Source of the DNA: a virus | Taxonomy: Duplodnaviria > Caudoviricetes | Direction: 5' to 3' (one strand) | Length of the DNA stretch: 44,579 nt | Virus record (IMG/VR): IMGVR_UViG_3300017649_000200 | Location: 1-44,579 of that record | Shown: positions 35,471 to 44,579 of the stretch, in pieces | Layout of the letters: each line of letters starts with the position of its first letter | How positions within the stretch are numbered: position 1 is the stretch's first letter | Notes under the pieces: model-generated | What the model saw: the letters and a program-made list of their open reading frames with translations, nothing else | Told to the model about the DNA's origin: nothing | Databases searched by the model: none | Made by a program: the position numbers and the translations under genes

Positions 35471-35976
35471 TATGCAGCCCCCATGATCACGACACGGCCA
35501 CGGCCCTGGATCTGCTCGAGGCGGACGCGGGCGGCTTCCTCAACCGCTGCGTAAGCCTCGCGCCCTTCCCTCGCTTCCTTGATGAGCTTGCGAAGGCTTT
35601 CTTCGCAGTCGGCACCACCGGAAACGACACCGGAGAGAACCGTCAGAACATCACCCGACTCCTTGGCGACGGAGGACAGGTGAGCCAGCATGTCGGAGGT
35701 TCCGGCTTTCTCGACCTTCTTCACCAGGAGATAGCCGCCCATGTCTGCGAGCTGCTTCGTGACGATGGGCTCACCGACCACGCGCTCAAGATCCGCGATC
35801 ACATCGATCGGTGCATGGCAGTCCGGCTCGTTCTGGTTGCCGTAGCGGTTCAGCGTCTGGTGCTTGCCGCGGGTGAAGTTCTCGGCGGCTTCCTGCCCGC
35901 CAGCCAGCTTCAGCAGCATGCGGAAGACCGTCTTGAGGGCCGAGCGTTCGATGTCATTCGTGGGACGGAGGTTCAT
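35470..35976 (-). CDS. CII-like regulatory protein
   Basis: LK...R.L....GGQEAA, PIDVIADLE...G.P.VT..LA; located after cro. Confidence 0.6.
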   Translation of the reverse strand: MNLRPTNDIERSALKTVFRMLLKLAGGQEAAENFTRGKHQTLNRYGNQNEPDCHAPIDVIADLERVVGEPIVTKQLADMGGYLLVKKVEKAGTSDMLAHLSSVAKESGDVLTVLSGVVSGGADCEESLRKLIKEAREGREAYAAVEEAARVRLEQIQGRGRVVIMGAA

Positions 35977-36315
35977 GTGCAAACAATCCTAGCGGTGCAC
36001 GGTGACGCTTGCCCCGCCCTCTGCGAAAACAGGAGCCGTGGAAGCGGGGGCTGAAACATGGGTGAAGGAAGAAAAGGCGCGGGCGACCAAAGACGGTTGC
36101 ACAAGGCCGCCCGCGCAGGTGGCACCGGCGAGGGGCGGGAAGCCGGTGCGGGAGGACACGGAATGCACGGAAGGGGTACTCGCCAGAGGTACTCCACGTT
36201 CGCAGGAGCCTCGGCAAATCACCTGTGTTTCAATATGATTGGGGGAGTCCATTGTGCTGCTCGCACCATCCGAAAAAACAACAAGTGGTCTCGTGCGCTG
36301 TCGGAGCTGCGTAAA

Positions 36316-36588
36316 TTACGCGGCTTCAACGACGGCGCTTGCCGGGACGTGGTCCTGAAAAGGGGGCGTGGGCTTCTCAAAGAAGTCAGCAGGCTCAAGA
36401 GGTATGCCCTCTTGCCTTGCTCTTTCGAGAAGAGCCGATTGGTGCTTTGTCGGCACCAGCCCGCCCGTTCCTCCGCGCTCACGCGGATAGGTCCACCGAT
36501 AAACGCGGGTGACATCGACGCCGAGCCAATCGGCCACGACCTGGTGCCCACCACATTTGCGAATGACGTTTTCTGCCGGGTTGCTCAT
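36316..36588 (-). CDS. cro: Cro-like repressor
   Basis: VIRKCGG...VADWLGV....VYRW.......GLVP; divergent from cI. Confidence 0.8.
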   Translation of the reverse strand: MSNPAENVIRKCGGHQVVADWLGVDVTRVYRWTYPRERGGTGGLVPTKHQSALLERARQEGIPLEPADFFEKPTPPFQDHVPASAVVEAA

Positions 36589-36682
36589 AGCGCAATAATT
36601 TGCGCTTTCCGCAAGAGATAGTCAAGAGCTGTTTGCGATATTTGCGATTGCGCTTTTCGCAACACCCGGGAATCCATTAAGT
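36589..36682. promoter_or_regulatory. OR-like operators and divergent promoters
   Basis: TTGCG-N5-CGCAA at 36600-36614 and 36648-36662 plus half-sites; TTGACT -35 on the minus strand at 36620-36625. Confidence 0.75.
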
Positions 36683-37438
36683 ATGAATATCGAGGCAATC
36701 CGTCGAGCGTTAACGAAACCCGGCAAGTCGCGCGGCGGCTTGGCGGAGGCGATGCATGTGCATCAATCCCAGATCACGCGCCTTTTGAACGGGACACGCT
36801 CTCTCAAGACGGAAGAGGTGCCTCTCGTTGCAGAATACCTCGATCTGCCAGAGCATGTTCTTGTCTCACCCCAGGCTTCCTCGGAGGCAGGTATAGATCT
36901 CGGGGGAATCTCGTCTGTGGCAGTCCAAGGCGGACCCAGCTTTGAGCAGAGGGTCGGGCGAGTCGAGCGCACTATCCCGGAAATAGATCTGAGAGCGGGA
37001 GCCTCCTACAGCGGCGGGGTTGACGAGCAAGAATGGAATATCCCGATAGGTCCGAATGAGGCCATCAACGGGCACCAGGCCATAGCAATATGGGGACTTC
37101 CTGAAGCGTTCGTGGAGCGAGAGCTAGGATTGTCATTCGGGCATGCAGACATCATCCAGATCCGAGGCGACTCGATGGACGATGGGACCGTGCACGCACT
37201 CGTGTCCGGCGACAGAGTAATCATTGACCGGCGGGACACCGATCCGCGGCAGGGCGGCGTCTTTGCTGTCTGGGACGGCGATGGAGTGATCGTTAAGCAG
37301 GTCGAGCTCGTGCGCGGGACGGAACCCGCCGAGATTATCTGCAAGTCACGCAACAAGAACTACGATCCAATTCGGCTGATGATCGACGGCAACGTCCATA
37401 TCATTGGTCGAGTCGCAGGGAAGATTTCACGAATGTGA
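36683..37438 (+). CDS. cI: CI-like repressor (XRE HTH plus S24 peptidase)
   Basis: LAEAMHVHQSQITRLLNG HTH; RGDSM and IVK catalytic motifs; AG cleavage site. Confidence 0.9.
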   Translation: MNIEAIRRALTKPGKSRGGLAEAMHVHQSQITRLLNGTRSLKTEEVPLVAEYLDLPEHVLVSPQASSEAGIDLGGISSVAVQGGPSFEQRVGRVERTIPEIDLRAGASYSGGVDEQEWNIPIGPNEAINGHQAIAIWGLPEAFVERELGLSFGHADIIQIRGDSMDDGTVHALVSGDRVIIDRRDTDPRQGGVFAVWDGDGVIVKQVELVRGTEPAEIICKSRNKNYDPIRLMIDGNVHIIGRVAGKISRM

Positions 37439-37461
37439 TCTGCGATTTCTCAGGGGGCAAA

Positions 37462-38037
37462 ATGAAACGACTTTTTGCGGCAGCTGCTATACTGGCAACA
37501 GCGGGCTGCGCCGCACCGCATCAAATCGTGGACCGAAGCGATTTCTTGGCCGAGGGGACCAGAACCTATAAGGGCATTCCACGAGAGCGCGTCATAGAAG
37601 CAGCGCGATTTGTCCTGCAATACTCCGACCCCACAGATTTCGAGTTTCGGGACTCGCTGACCGGCTTTACTGGCTTGAGGCGCTATATGGTCTATGCCGT
37701 CCTAACTACGGCTCAAGGTCGCGAGAAGTGGGAATTCACGACAGAGGCCAGCGGCAAGGATGTCCGCGCCAGTGTCGCCATTTCCGAAGCCGGACACGCG
37801 ACTGGCAGCTTTGGCAGCACGATCCCATACGATGGCAAGATGGCGAGCATCCCTCTCTACCGCCTCTTCTGGGATCGGGTGGACTACATGCTCGGCAAGC
37901 GGCCTGACTGGGTGACTTGTGGGCAGGCAACAGCCCAACTCAGCGCAACAAATACCAACACCGTAGAGGCGCTTTCTGGCCTCTGCGGGCCAACGAGCGA
38001 CGGGCGGGATAGACCCGCCCCGCCTCCCTTGGTGTGA
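37462..38037 (+). CDS. Lipoprotein (possible superinfection exclusion)
   Basis: MKRLFAAAAILATAGC lipobox; directly downstream of cI. Confidence 0.65.
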   Translation: MKRLFAAAAILATAGCAAPHQIVDRSDFLAEGTRTYKGIPRERVIEAARFVLQYSDPTDFEFRDSLTGFTGLRRYMVYAVLTTAQGREKWEFTTEASGKDVRASVAISEAGHATGSFGSTIPYDGKMASIPLYRLFWDRVDYMLGKRPDWVTCGQATAQLSATNTNTVEALSGLCGPTSDGRDRPAPPPLV

Positions 38038-38039
38038 TC

Positions 38040-38270
38040 ATGGCAAAAGAACTATTCGACAAGACCAAGATCGGGATACTGTGCCCGGATTGCGGCCATA
38101 AGACTGAAAAAACGATCAGTTGGCTCAAGGCGAACGATCAGTTCAGTTGTGCCGGGTGTGAAGCTGTCGTCGCTCCTGACCGTGAAAAGCTCCTCAAGGG
38201 GCTCAAGCAAGTCAATAAATCGATTGGTGATTTCCGGGCGTCGCTCAAGCGCTTCGGCAAGCGCCGCTAA
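38040..38270 (+). CDS. Small zinc-ribbon protein
   Basis: CPDCG...CAGC. Confidence 0.6.
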   Translation: MAKELFDKTKIGILCPDCGHKTEKTISWLKANDQFSCAGCEAVVAPDREKLLKGLKQVNKSIGDFRASLKRFGKRR

Positions 38271-38442
38271 AGCCTGGTTCATCGGTTGGATGTCGGGCTT
38301 CAGCGTGACCCTTAGCGCCTCGACCGGCATCGGGCTCTCTGTCATGACCCGACCGTAGTTCTTAGGCTTCTGCCCATCCATAGCTTTCTCCACAGCCCGG
38401 CCCAGTGCCGGGCATTTCATTTTAGCACGACGCCGAACTTGA

Positions 38443-38520
38443 TTTGCGGTCTCATTTGCGGCTATTTCGCGTAAATCGCAAATCACTCGTTGACATTCTT
38501 TGCGATTTGCGCAAATATCC
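38443..38520 (+). promoter_or_regulatory. OL-like operators and pL-like promoter
   Basis: TTGACA (38490)-17 nt-AAATAT; TTGCG-ATTTG-CGCAA between the boxes; TCGCG-TAAAT-CGCAA upstream. Confidence 0.75.
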
Positions 38521-38664
38521 ACTCATTCGAGTTACCCACCCGGATGAGCCCCATGCAAACCCTCCCTCAATTCGCCCTTGAAGCTCTTCGCGATGGCGTC
38601 GTGTGCGCCTTCGTGATCGGTGTTGTGTATCTCGCCTGTGTGGCTCTCGGTGGGAGCTACTGAG

Positions 38665-38967
38665 ATGGCGCAGCACCAGCAATTCAGCGCCCAAGGCGAG
38701 AGCATCTGGGTCGAGCCTTCCCACAACGTGAGTGGCGACCGGTCCCGTACCATCACACTTGGCTTCGAACTCTGCCGGATGACGGAAGCTGGCCAGGGCA
38801 ATGCGGAGGCTGTGGCTCAAATGCTTTCTCTGCACGGGCCGATGCTAGACGCGCTGAAGGGTCTGTATGCCCTTGTGGGCGATGGGAACGGCTTGAGCGA
38901 TGCCGATCCAGAGGAGAGCGCAATCGCCTTTGCTCGATCAATCATCGAGAAAGCGGAGGCTGTCTAA
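38665..38967 (+). CDS. Hypothetical early protein
   Basis: GGGAG RBS; C-terminal ARSIIEKAE phage motif. Confidence 0.55.
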   Translation: MAQHQQFSAQGESIWVEPSHNVSGDRSRTITLGFELCRMTEAGQGNAEAVAQMLSLHGPMLDALKGLYALVGDGNGLSDADPEESAIAFARSIIEKAEAV

Positions 38968-39167
38968 TGCGCCAGCGTTTCATTGACTGGAATGCGGCCG
39001 TGCGCGACATGCGCCGCCATCGCGATCCTGTCCGGCTTCTGACCGCCGAGACTCTCCAGGCCATCAAGGACGCCGACCAAGCTCTCGGAACTCTTGGCGT
39101 CGGCACGGCGGACGATCTGCGCCGCCGTCTTTACGACCTCACGAAGAAGCTGGAGGCGCGGGTATGA
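38967..39167 (+). CDS. Hypothetical early protein
   Basis: TAATG coupling. Confidence 0.5.
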   Translation: MRQRFIDWNAAVRDMRRHRDPVRLLTAETLQAIKDADQALGTLGVGTADDLRRRLYDLTKKLEARV

Positions 39168-39451
39168 CACAGCACACTCCGGGGCCATGGACCATCGGAA
39201 GCCGCACAGACGGCGGTTGTTGGCGGGTTATCGATGCACCAACCTGGGACGCTTTCGCCAAGGTCGTGATCAAAATGACCGATGCCAAGGCTGACAGCGA
39301 GCAGGGGTTAGCCAACGCCCGTCTTATCGCCGCCGCTCCTGAGATGCTGGAGATGCTGAAGCGCCTGGATAACAGCCTTGAAAGTCTAGGGCGCTCCTAC
39401 CGGCTTCAGATCCGCGAAGTCATCGCCAAAGCGGAGGGCCGCGATGTCTAA
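39164..39451 (+). CDS. Hypothetical early protein
   Basis: HTPGPW...ANARLIAAAPEML phage family motif. Confidence 0.7.
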   Translation: MTQHTPGPWTIGSRTDGGCWRVIDAPTWDAFAKVVIKMTDAKADSEQGLANARLIAAAPEMLEMLKRLDNSLESLGRSYRLQIREVIAKAEGRDV

Positions 39452-39686
39452 CGTCCTCTCCTTCCGTCGCCGCTCGCCGGTCATCTGCACTGAGACGACA
39501 GAGGCGCAGGCTGCGGACATCCAGGCGCTGTTGTCTCGGGTCATGACCGCCTGCCCTGCCTGCACAGGGCGCGGCGTGTTCCCGCACAAGAACCGCATCA
39601 CCGGCCTGATCGACTTCTCCCCCTGCCCTTGCGGCGGGACGGATGAGGATCGGATCGACCTCAACGACTTCGGAGGGGCTGCGTGA
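39444..39686 (+). CDS. Small zinc-finger protein
   Basis: CPACTGRG...CPC. Confidence 0.55.
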   Translation: MSNVLSFRRRSPVICTETTEAQAADIQALLSRVMTACPACTGRGVFPHKNRITGLIDFSPCPCGGTDEDRIDLNDFGGAA

Positions 39687-39813
39687 TGACCTTCCGCCTC
39701 CCCTCATGCCGAGCCTTCAGCCGTTTGGCCTACAACCTCACGCTGATCCTATTGGGGGCCGTGACCCTCTTAGCCTTTGGCGTCCTGCTTCATTCGGTTT
39801 GGGTTCTGCGTCC

Positions 39814-39957
39814 ATGAAGCAGGTCGTCATCACTCCCCGCTGGCGAGGCCCTGAAACCAAGCGCATCGCCCGCCGCAAGATCGAAACCACCGCACGGCTC
39901 TGCAAGGAGCTGGGGCTTCCGAAGCCCATTCTGAAGCTGCCGAAGGACAAAGCCTGA
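39814..39957 (+). CDS. Small basic hypothetical protein
   Basis: MKQVVITPRW...; TGATG coupling to the next gene. Confidence 0.4.
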   Translation: MKQVVITPRWRGPETKRIARRKIETTARLCKELGLPKPILKLPKDKA

Positions 39958-40232
39958 TGCAATCGTTCAACCATCTCGCCTTTGGCGCTGCCGTCACCAG
40001 CATCAAGCGCGAGGTCGACCAGATCGCCCGCGATGCTCACATGGCTCGGGTCTATGTCGACGACACTGCCGAGAGCATGGGGCAGGCGGATTATGATCTG
40101 CTCTATGCCGCGAAGTGCCTTGAGCTTGCAGCCCGCGATCTGCGCCTGCTCCACGCCCGTCTTCAGGAAATGCGCGGAGAGCCGAAGAATCCGGCCACCA
40201 TCCCCGTTCTCACCTTCGGACATTCCGCATGA
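39957..40232 (+). CDS. Hypothetical protein
   Basis: Coupled ORF. Confidence 0.5.
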   Translation: MQSFNHLAFGAAVTSIKREVDQIARDAHMARVYVDDTAESMGQADYDLLYAAKCLELAARDLRLLHARLQEMRGEPKNPATIPVLTFGHSA

Positions 40233-40735
40233 CCAATCCCCTCACAGTTGCCGCTCTTGAGCGACAGATCGAAGACCTGATCGCCTCTTACCCGGAACTC
40301 GCCGAGGACGAGACCCTCCGCGCCGACATGGTTTCCGGCTCGACCGACGCCGAGGAGATCCTCTCCAAGGTCGTTGACCGGATGCAGACGGCCGAGGCCA
40401 TGGTTTCCGCCATCACGGCCCGCAAGAACGACCTCGACGCCCGCAAGAGCCGCTATGAGCGCGAAGCCGAGGCTATGCGCTCGCTCGCCTTCCGCATCAT
40501 GAACGCGGCCAATCTCCGCAAGATGCCGCTGCCGGAAGCAACGCTGTCCATCCGGTCGGTTGCGCCTTCCGTCACCATCACGGATGCAAGCCAGCTGCCG
40601 TCCGAGTTCGTCGTCACCAAGACGGAAACCCGCCCCGATCGGCAGAAGATCAAGGAGGCTCTGCAAGAGGGGAAGATCATCCCCGGCGCCTGCCTGTCGA
40701 ACGGCGGCGAAACCATCAGCATTCGGGTGAAGTGA
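40229..40735 (+). CDS. Siphovirus Gp157-family protein
   Basis: Coiled coil, TLSIR..APSV.I.D...LP.EF, PD...IKEAL..G..IPGA.L. Confidence 0.8.
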   Translation: MTNPLTVAALERQIEDLIASYPELAEDETLRADMVSGSTDAEEILSKVVDRMQTAEAMVSAITARKNDLDARKSRYEREAEAMRSLAFRIMNAANLRKMPLPEATLSIRSVAPSVTITDASQLPSEFVVTKTETRPDRQKIKEALQEGKIIPGACLSNGGETISIRVK

Positions 40736-41406
40736 TGAGCAATCTGGATATTTGGAACTCAGTCGGCAAGACCGACCCGGCTTACACGAAAGCCTTCAGC
40801 CGTGGCGGCGGGTTCCGCGGAACGGCCACCAATGCCACTTGGCTCGCCAAGAGGGCGACGGAGATGTTCGGCCCCATCGGTATCGGCTGGGGGATCAAGG
40901 TTCTGGACGAGCGCGTGCTTGACGGGGCCGAAGGCGAAAAGGTCCACCGGGTTCATATCTGCCTCTGGTACAAGTGGGATGGCGAACTCGGCAAGGTCGA
41001 ACACTTCGGCCAGACAACCTTCGTCGGCAAGAACAAGCACGGCTGGTTCACCGACGAGGAAGCCCCGAAGAAGTCCCTCACGGACGCCATGTCGAAGGCC
41101 CTCAGTCTGCTCGGTTTTGCTTCTGACGTTCACCTTGGCCTGTTCGATGACAACAAATACGTCAACGACCTGAAGCGCGAGTTTGCCGAGCGCGAACAGA
41201 CGGCTGCCAATGACCAGCGGCAGGGCGTTGCGGACGAGCTCGTGAAGGCTATCACGGCGGCGGGCACCATCGCAGACCTAGATCGGGTCAAGCAATCCAC
41301 CCTGTTCAAGCGTGACTTCGCCTCTCTGGATGATGATGGCAAGGCCCGTGTGGTTCGTGCTGGAGTTGATCGTCGGGCCGAGATCGAAGGCGGGGTGGCG
41401 GCATGA
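40735..41406 (+). CDS. Single-strand annealing protein, Rad52/Sak-like
   Basis: ATEMFGPIGIGWG, EAPKKSLTDAMSKALS.LGFASDVHLG. Confidence 0.7.
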   Translation: MSNLDIWNSVGKTDPAYTKAFSRGGGFRGTATNATWLAKRATEMFGPIGIGWGIKVLDERVLDGAEGEKVHRVHICLWYKWDGELGKVEHFGQTTFVGKNKHGWFTDEEAPKKSLTDAMSKALSLLGFASDVHLGLFDDNKYVNDLKREFAEREQTAANDQRQGVADELVKAITAAGTIADLDRVKQSTLFKRDFASLDDDGKARVVRAGVDRRAEIEGGVAA

Positions 41407-41837
41407 CCACCCGCGTTGTCGCCACCGAAGCCGACCGGCAAGGGCTGATGCGCTTGCTCCAGTCCCGCGAGCTGCCGTTCACGGTTGAGATTGTGAAGGG
41501 CAAGCGGCGCTCCGTCGATCAAAACCGGTTGCAACGTCGGCTCCTGAACGAGATCGCCGAGCAGACCGGGCAGACGGCCGAGGAGGTTCGCGCCTACTCG
41601 AAACTCACCATCGGCATCCCGATCCTGCGGGCCGAAAGCGAGCTGTTCGCCCAGAAGTATGACGAGCACATTCGCCCTCTGCCCTATGAGACCAAGCTGG
41701 CGATGATGGCAGAGCCGTTCGACTTCCCCGTCACGCGGCTGATGACCACGGCTCAGAAGACCCGTTACCTCGATGAGATCCAACGGCACTTCGGCGCTCA
41801 AGGCGTGGTCTTCTCGTCCCCGCTGGAGGCTGCGTGA
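41403..41837 (+). CDS. NinB-like recombination protein
   Basis: RRSVDQNRL, T..MT......YLDEI. Confidence 0.65.
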   Translation: MTTRVVATEADRQGLMRLLQSRELPFTVEIVKGKRRSVDQNRLQRRLLNEIAEQTGQTAEEVRAYSKLTIGIPILRAESELFAQKYDEHIRPLPYETKLAMMAEPFDFPVTRLMTTAQKTRYLDEIQRHFGAQGVVFSSPLEAA

Positions 41838-42214
41838 TGGCTGAAGATGTCGGCACAACCCCACGCAAGGCTCTCACTCCTACGCAGCGCCTGAAGCTGT
41901 TCGAGTCCTTCGGCGGCCGCTGCGTCCTCTGTGATCGCAAGATCGAGGCTGGCGAACCGTGGATCGATGAACACCTTCGCGCTCTCGGCCTTGGTGGCAC
42001 CAATGCAGCCGAGAACCGCGGGCCCGCTCACAAGGCCTGCGCTGACGCCAAGACGTTCGGCAAGGACGGCGACCTAGCCCGGATCGCGAAGGCTAAGAGG
42101 GTGAAAATGCGCCACCTAGGCATCCGCCTGCGCAAAGGCCCGCCCATCCCCGGCAGCAAGGACTCGCCGTGGAAGCGGAAGATGGATGGCACGCTCGTCA
42201 GGAGGGGACGATAG
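41837..42214 (+). CDS. HNH endonuclease
   Basis: GRCVLC, EH...LGLGGTN...N..PAH..C. Confidence 0.75.
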   Translation: MAEDVGTTPRKALTPTQRLKLFESFGGRCVLCDRKIEAGEPWIDEHLRALGLGGTNAAENRGPAHKACADAKTFGKDGDLARIAKAKRVKMRHLGIRLRKGPPIPGSKDSPWKRKMDGTLVRRGR

Positions 42215-42216
42215 CA

Positions 42217-42654
42217 ATGAGAGCGCAAGCAGCACACCCGCTTCCACCGTCGTTGCCGCCGCTGGGTCTGAGCCGGGTCGAGGCCGCCGCTTATATCGGC
42301 GTCTCCCCGTCCATGTTCGACCTGATGGTGAAGGACGGGCGCATGCCTGGCCCGAAGCGCATCGGTGATCTGAGATTGTGGGACCGAGCCCGGATCGATC
42401 AAATCACGGGCTGGGTCTACGTCATGGAGTTCGAGGGATACGTCAAAATCGGCTGGTCGCGGAATGTCGCGGGCCGGCACAGCGCGATCCAAGACGGGCT
42501 CCCCGAAGAACTCCGTTTCCTCTGGTGCACCCCAGGCACCCAAGCACGGGAGCGGGCCCTGCATAGGCGCTTCGATGCCTACAGGACCAGAGGCGAATGG
42601 TTCCGCCATGAGGGCGAACTGGCAGAATGGATCAAGGAGGGCTGCCCTCTATGA
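42217..42654 (+). CDS. AlpA-like HTH fused to a T5orf172/GIY-YIG domain
   Basis: GLSRVEAAAYIGVSPSMFD.MVKDGRMP plus VYVM...YVKIGWS...ERALHRRF..YR.RGEWF. Confidence 0.7.
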   Translation: MRAQAAHPLPPSLPPLGLSRVEAAAYIGVSPSMFDLMVKDGRMPGPKRIGDLRLWDRARIDQITGWVYVMEFEGYVKIGWSRNVAGRHSAIQDGLPEELRFLWCTPGTQARERALHRRFDAYRTRGEWFRHEGELAEWIKEGCPL

Positions 42655-42932
42655 GCGCCGTTCCTAAGCCTGAGGCCCGCCTACTGAATGAGACAGAAGC
42701 CGCAGGCTATTGCGGCTTCTCAGTTCCCACGTTCAAGCGCATCTGCCCCGTCCGCCCCCATAGGTTCGGAGAGGGTAAGCGGGCGCTTCTTCGCTACGAC
42801 CGGCAGTCCCTCGATGAATGGATTGACCGGTTGAATCAACCCACAGCATCATCCGGCCCGCTGTCGCCACAAGAGGCGCTGGAACGGATGAGGCTCACAC
42901 ATGGTCGCGCGGGTTCCCGTGAAAGGCATTAA
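42651..42932 (+). CDS. xis: Excisionase-like HTH protein
   Basis: RLL...EAAGYCG.S..TF...RYDRQSLDEWID directly before the integrase. Confidence 0.7.
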   Translation: MSAVPKPEARLLNETEAAGYCGFSVPTFKRICPVRPHRFGEGKRALLRYDRQSLDEWIDRLNQPTASSGPLSPQEALERMRLTHGRAGSRERH

Positions 42933-43980
42933 ACGGTTCAAAGACCGCCATGGAAAGTGGCGATGCTATCACCGGAAGACCGGGAAGCCGATCCAGGCCG
43001 AATATGGCACAGCCGCATTCATTCTTGAGGTGGAGGCTCTGGACAGGCTCGTAAAGAGCCAGGAGCCCCTTCCCGGCTCCCTTGGCGCGGCCATCAAAGC
43101 CTATCTGGCATGGGACCACTTCAAGGGGCTGGCAGAGGCCACACAGGCCGGATACCGCCGCTATCTCAGGTTTCTCGACCCGATGACCACCATGCCGCTC
43201 AAGTCGATTGAGGCGCCGTTCCTGGCCGAAATGCGGGATCTGCTCGCCCGAGAGCGGGGGCAGCGTCAAGCGAACTACGTGCTATCGGTCCTGCACAACG
43301 TCTTCGAGTTCTCGATTGAGAAGGGATGGGCCCGGAGCAATCCGGTTCCCCATGTGAAGAGGGCCAAGCGCCCCAAGGGCAAGCGGAAAGCTAACCGGCC
43401 CTGGACCCTGGACGAGCGGCGGACAGTCCTGGAGGAGGCCCCCTGGCAGATTAAGGTGCCGTTGGCTCTGGCCATGTTTACGGGCCTGCGCAAGCGGGAC
43501 TGCCTGACCCTGCCGAAAGCCGCCATTCGCGATGGCGTGATCCACCTCGATACATCCAAGACGGATGAGGACATGGGTATCCCGGTCCATCCCGGCTTGC
43601 AGATGATTCTTGAGGCAGCTCCGGCACACGAAGCCGAGACTGTCGCCGCGACGACGCGCGGGACGCCCTGGACAGAGAGCGGCTTTAATTCGGTTTGGGA
43701 CCGCTTCAAGGATGATTTGGAGAATGAAGGCCGGATTGGGCCGCACCTGACCATTCACGGCCTGCGGCATACGGTCGGCGACATGCTGGCCGAGTCGGAA
43801 GCAAGCCTCGACGACATCAGGCGGGCACTGGGCCAGAAGACCCTTGCCATGGCTCAACACTATTCGGAGCGGGCCAAGAAAAGGGCGGCGGTTCGACGGG
43901 CTGTGGAAAAAATCGACCCTCTGGGAATGCGAGAGGTGTCAAACCTTGTCGATAAAGTGTCTAAGCCATTGATTAACTAG
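42901..43980 (+). CDS. int: Tyrosine integrase
   Basis: TGLRK.D, HGLRHT, LGQKT..MAQHY; N-terminal KDRHGKWRCYHR arm domain. Confidence 0.92.
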   Translation: MVARVPVKGIKRFKDRHGKWRCYHRKTGKPIQAEYGTAAFILEVEALDRLVKSQEPLPGSLGAAIKAYLAWDHFKGLAEATQAGYRRYLRFLDPMTTMPLKSIEAPFLAEMRDLLARERGQRQANYVLSVLHNVFEFSIEKGWARSNPVPHVKRAKRPKGKRKANRPWTLDERRTVLEEAPWQIKVPLALAMFTGLRKRDCLTLPKAAIRDGVIHLDTSKTDEDMGIPVHPGLQMILEAAPAHEAETVAATTRGTPWTESGFNSVWDRFKDDLENEGRIGPHLTIHGLRHTVGDMLAESEASLDDIRRALGQKTLAMAQHYSERAKKRAAVRRAVEKIDPLGMREVSNLVDKVSKPLIN

Positions 43981-44003
43981 CCCAATCACGCATACTGCTC
44001 TGT

Positions 44004-44579
44004 ATGAGTGATTTGCCATACGCAAAAAAGTTCATCGGCAAGAACGGGAAGGAATACATCTACTTCCGCCCTACCCCCATCATGCGAGAGAACGGGCTCC
44101 TCCCTCGGAGGCTCACCCCAGAGGAGGCTCCTGCTTTCCTGGCGAAGATCAAGGAGGAATGGGGTGACGTAAAGCGCCAGCCCATCTCCTACTCAGCCGA
44201 GGACATCCGGCGTTGTGCAACGGCGATGTTCCGTAATGCGAAGGGGCGGGCCACTCTCAGGGGTATCCCCTTCACCATCACAAAGGAATGGCTTGAGCGG
44301 CGCATGGAGATCTGTGCGGCCCGGTGCGAGGTGAGCGGCATCCCGTTCGACCTATCCTCCGCGCGCAAGGGCTACCGCCGCCCGTGGGCTCCAAGCATCG
44401 ACCGTATCAACCCCAAAGGCCCATATTCGCCGGGCAATGCGAGGCTCGTTTGCTCGGTCGTGAATTACGCTCGTTCAGATTGGCCGGATGAGGTGTTCTG
44501 GCAGATGATTCATGCCTGCTACGAGGCCAGAGCCGCCAAAGGGTTGACAAACCTACCCCTGAAAAGCGGCAAACCGTAA
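44004..44579 (+). CDS. Hypothetical protein with His-Me/HNH-like nuclease domain
   Basis: C.VSG.PF...PSIDRINP..PY..GNARLVC..VN. Confidence 0.6.
   Translation: MSDLPYAKKFIGKNGKEYIYFRPTPIMRENGLLPRRLTPEEAPAFLAKIKEEWGDVKRQPISYSAEDIRRCATAMFRNAKGRATLRGIPFTITKEWLERRMEICAARCEVSGIPFDLSSARKGYRRPWAPSIDRINPKGPYSPGNARLVCSVVNYARSDWPDEVFWQMIHACYEARAAKGLTNLPLKSGKP

Larger units (their letters stand above)
1..44579. mobile_element. Temperate HK97-like siphophage/prophage, apparently near-complete
   Basis: Integrase, CI/Cro switch, replication, terminase, portal, capsid, tail and lysis modules in lambdoid order; no host housekeeping genes; att sites not identified. Confidence 0.95.

Noticed and set aside
35983-36315. 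Several overlapping short ORFs between cro and cII
   Set aside because: None has a convincing RBS or motif; cannot choose among them or support an ncRNA

Overview
The window looks like a near-complete temperate siphophage or prophage genome of HK97/lambdoid organisation. The host is probably alphaproteobacterial (Rhizobiales-like), inferred from high GC, a GapR/DUF2312 gene and GTA-type holin and tail chaperone genes. On the minus strand, read right to left: Cro, CII, replication genes with an iteron origin, a NusG-type antiterminator, a cluster of HNH genes, terminases, portal, ClpP protease, capsid, head-tail and tail genes, a tailspike and the lysis module. On the plus strand: CI repressor, early recombination genes, excisionase and tyrosine integrase. 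The stand-out feature is a cassette inserted in the tail operon (about 12450-13680). It holds a divergent RHH regulator, an HNH nuclease and a solitary RAMP/Cas7-like protein, followed directly by a ~130-nt non-coding tract of tandem GGYNN pentamers with a structured 5' end and an intrinsic terminator. This suggests a compact, non-CRISPR RNA-guided system. All product calls come from motif recognition by eye; no database search was run.
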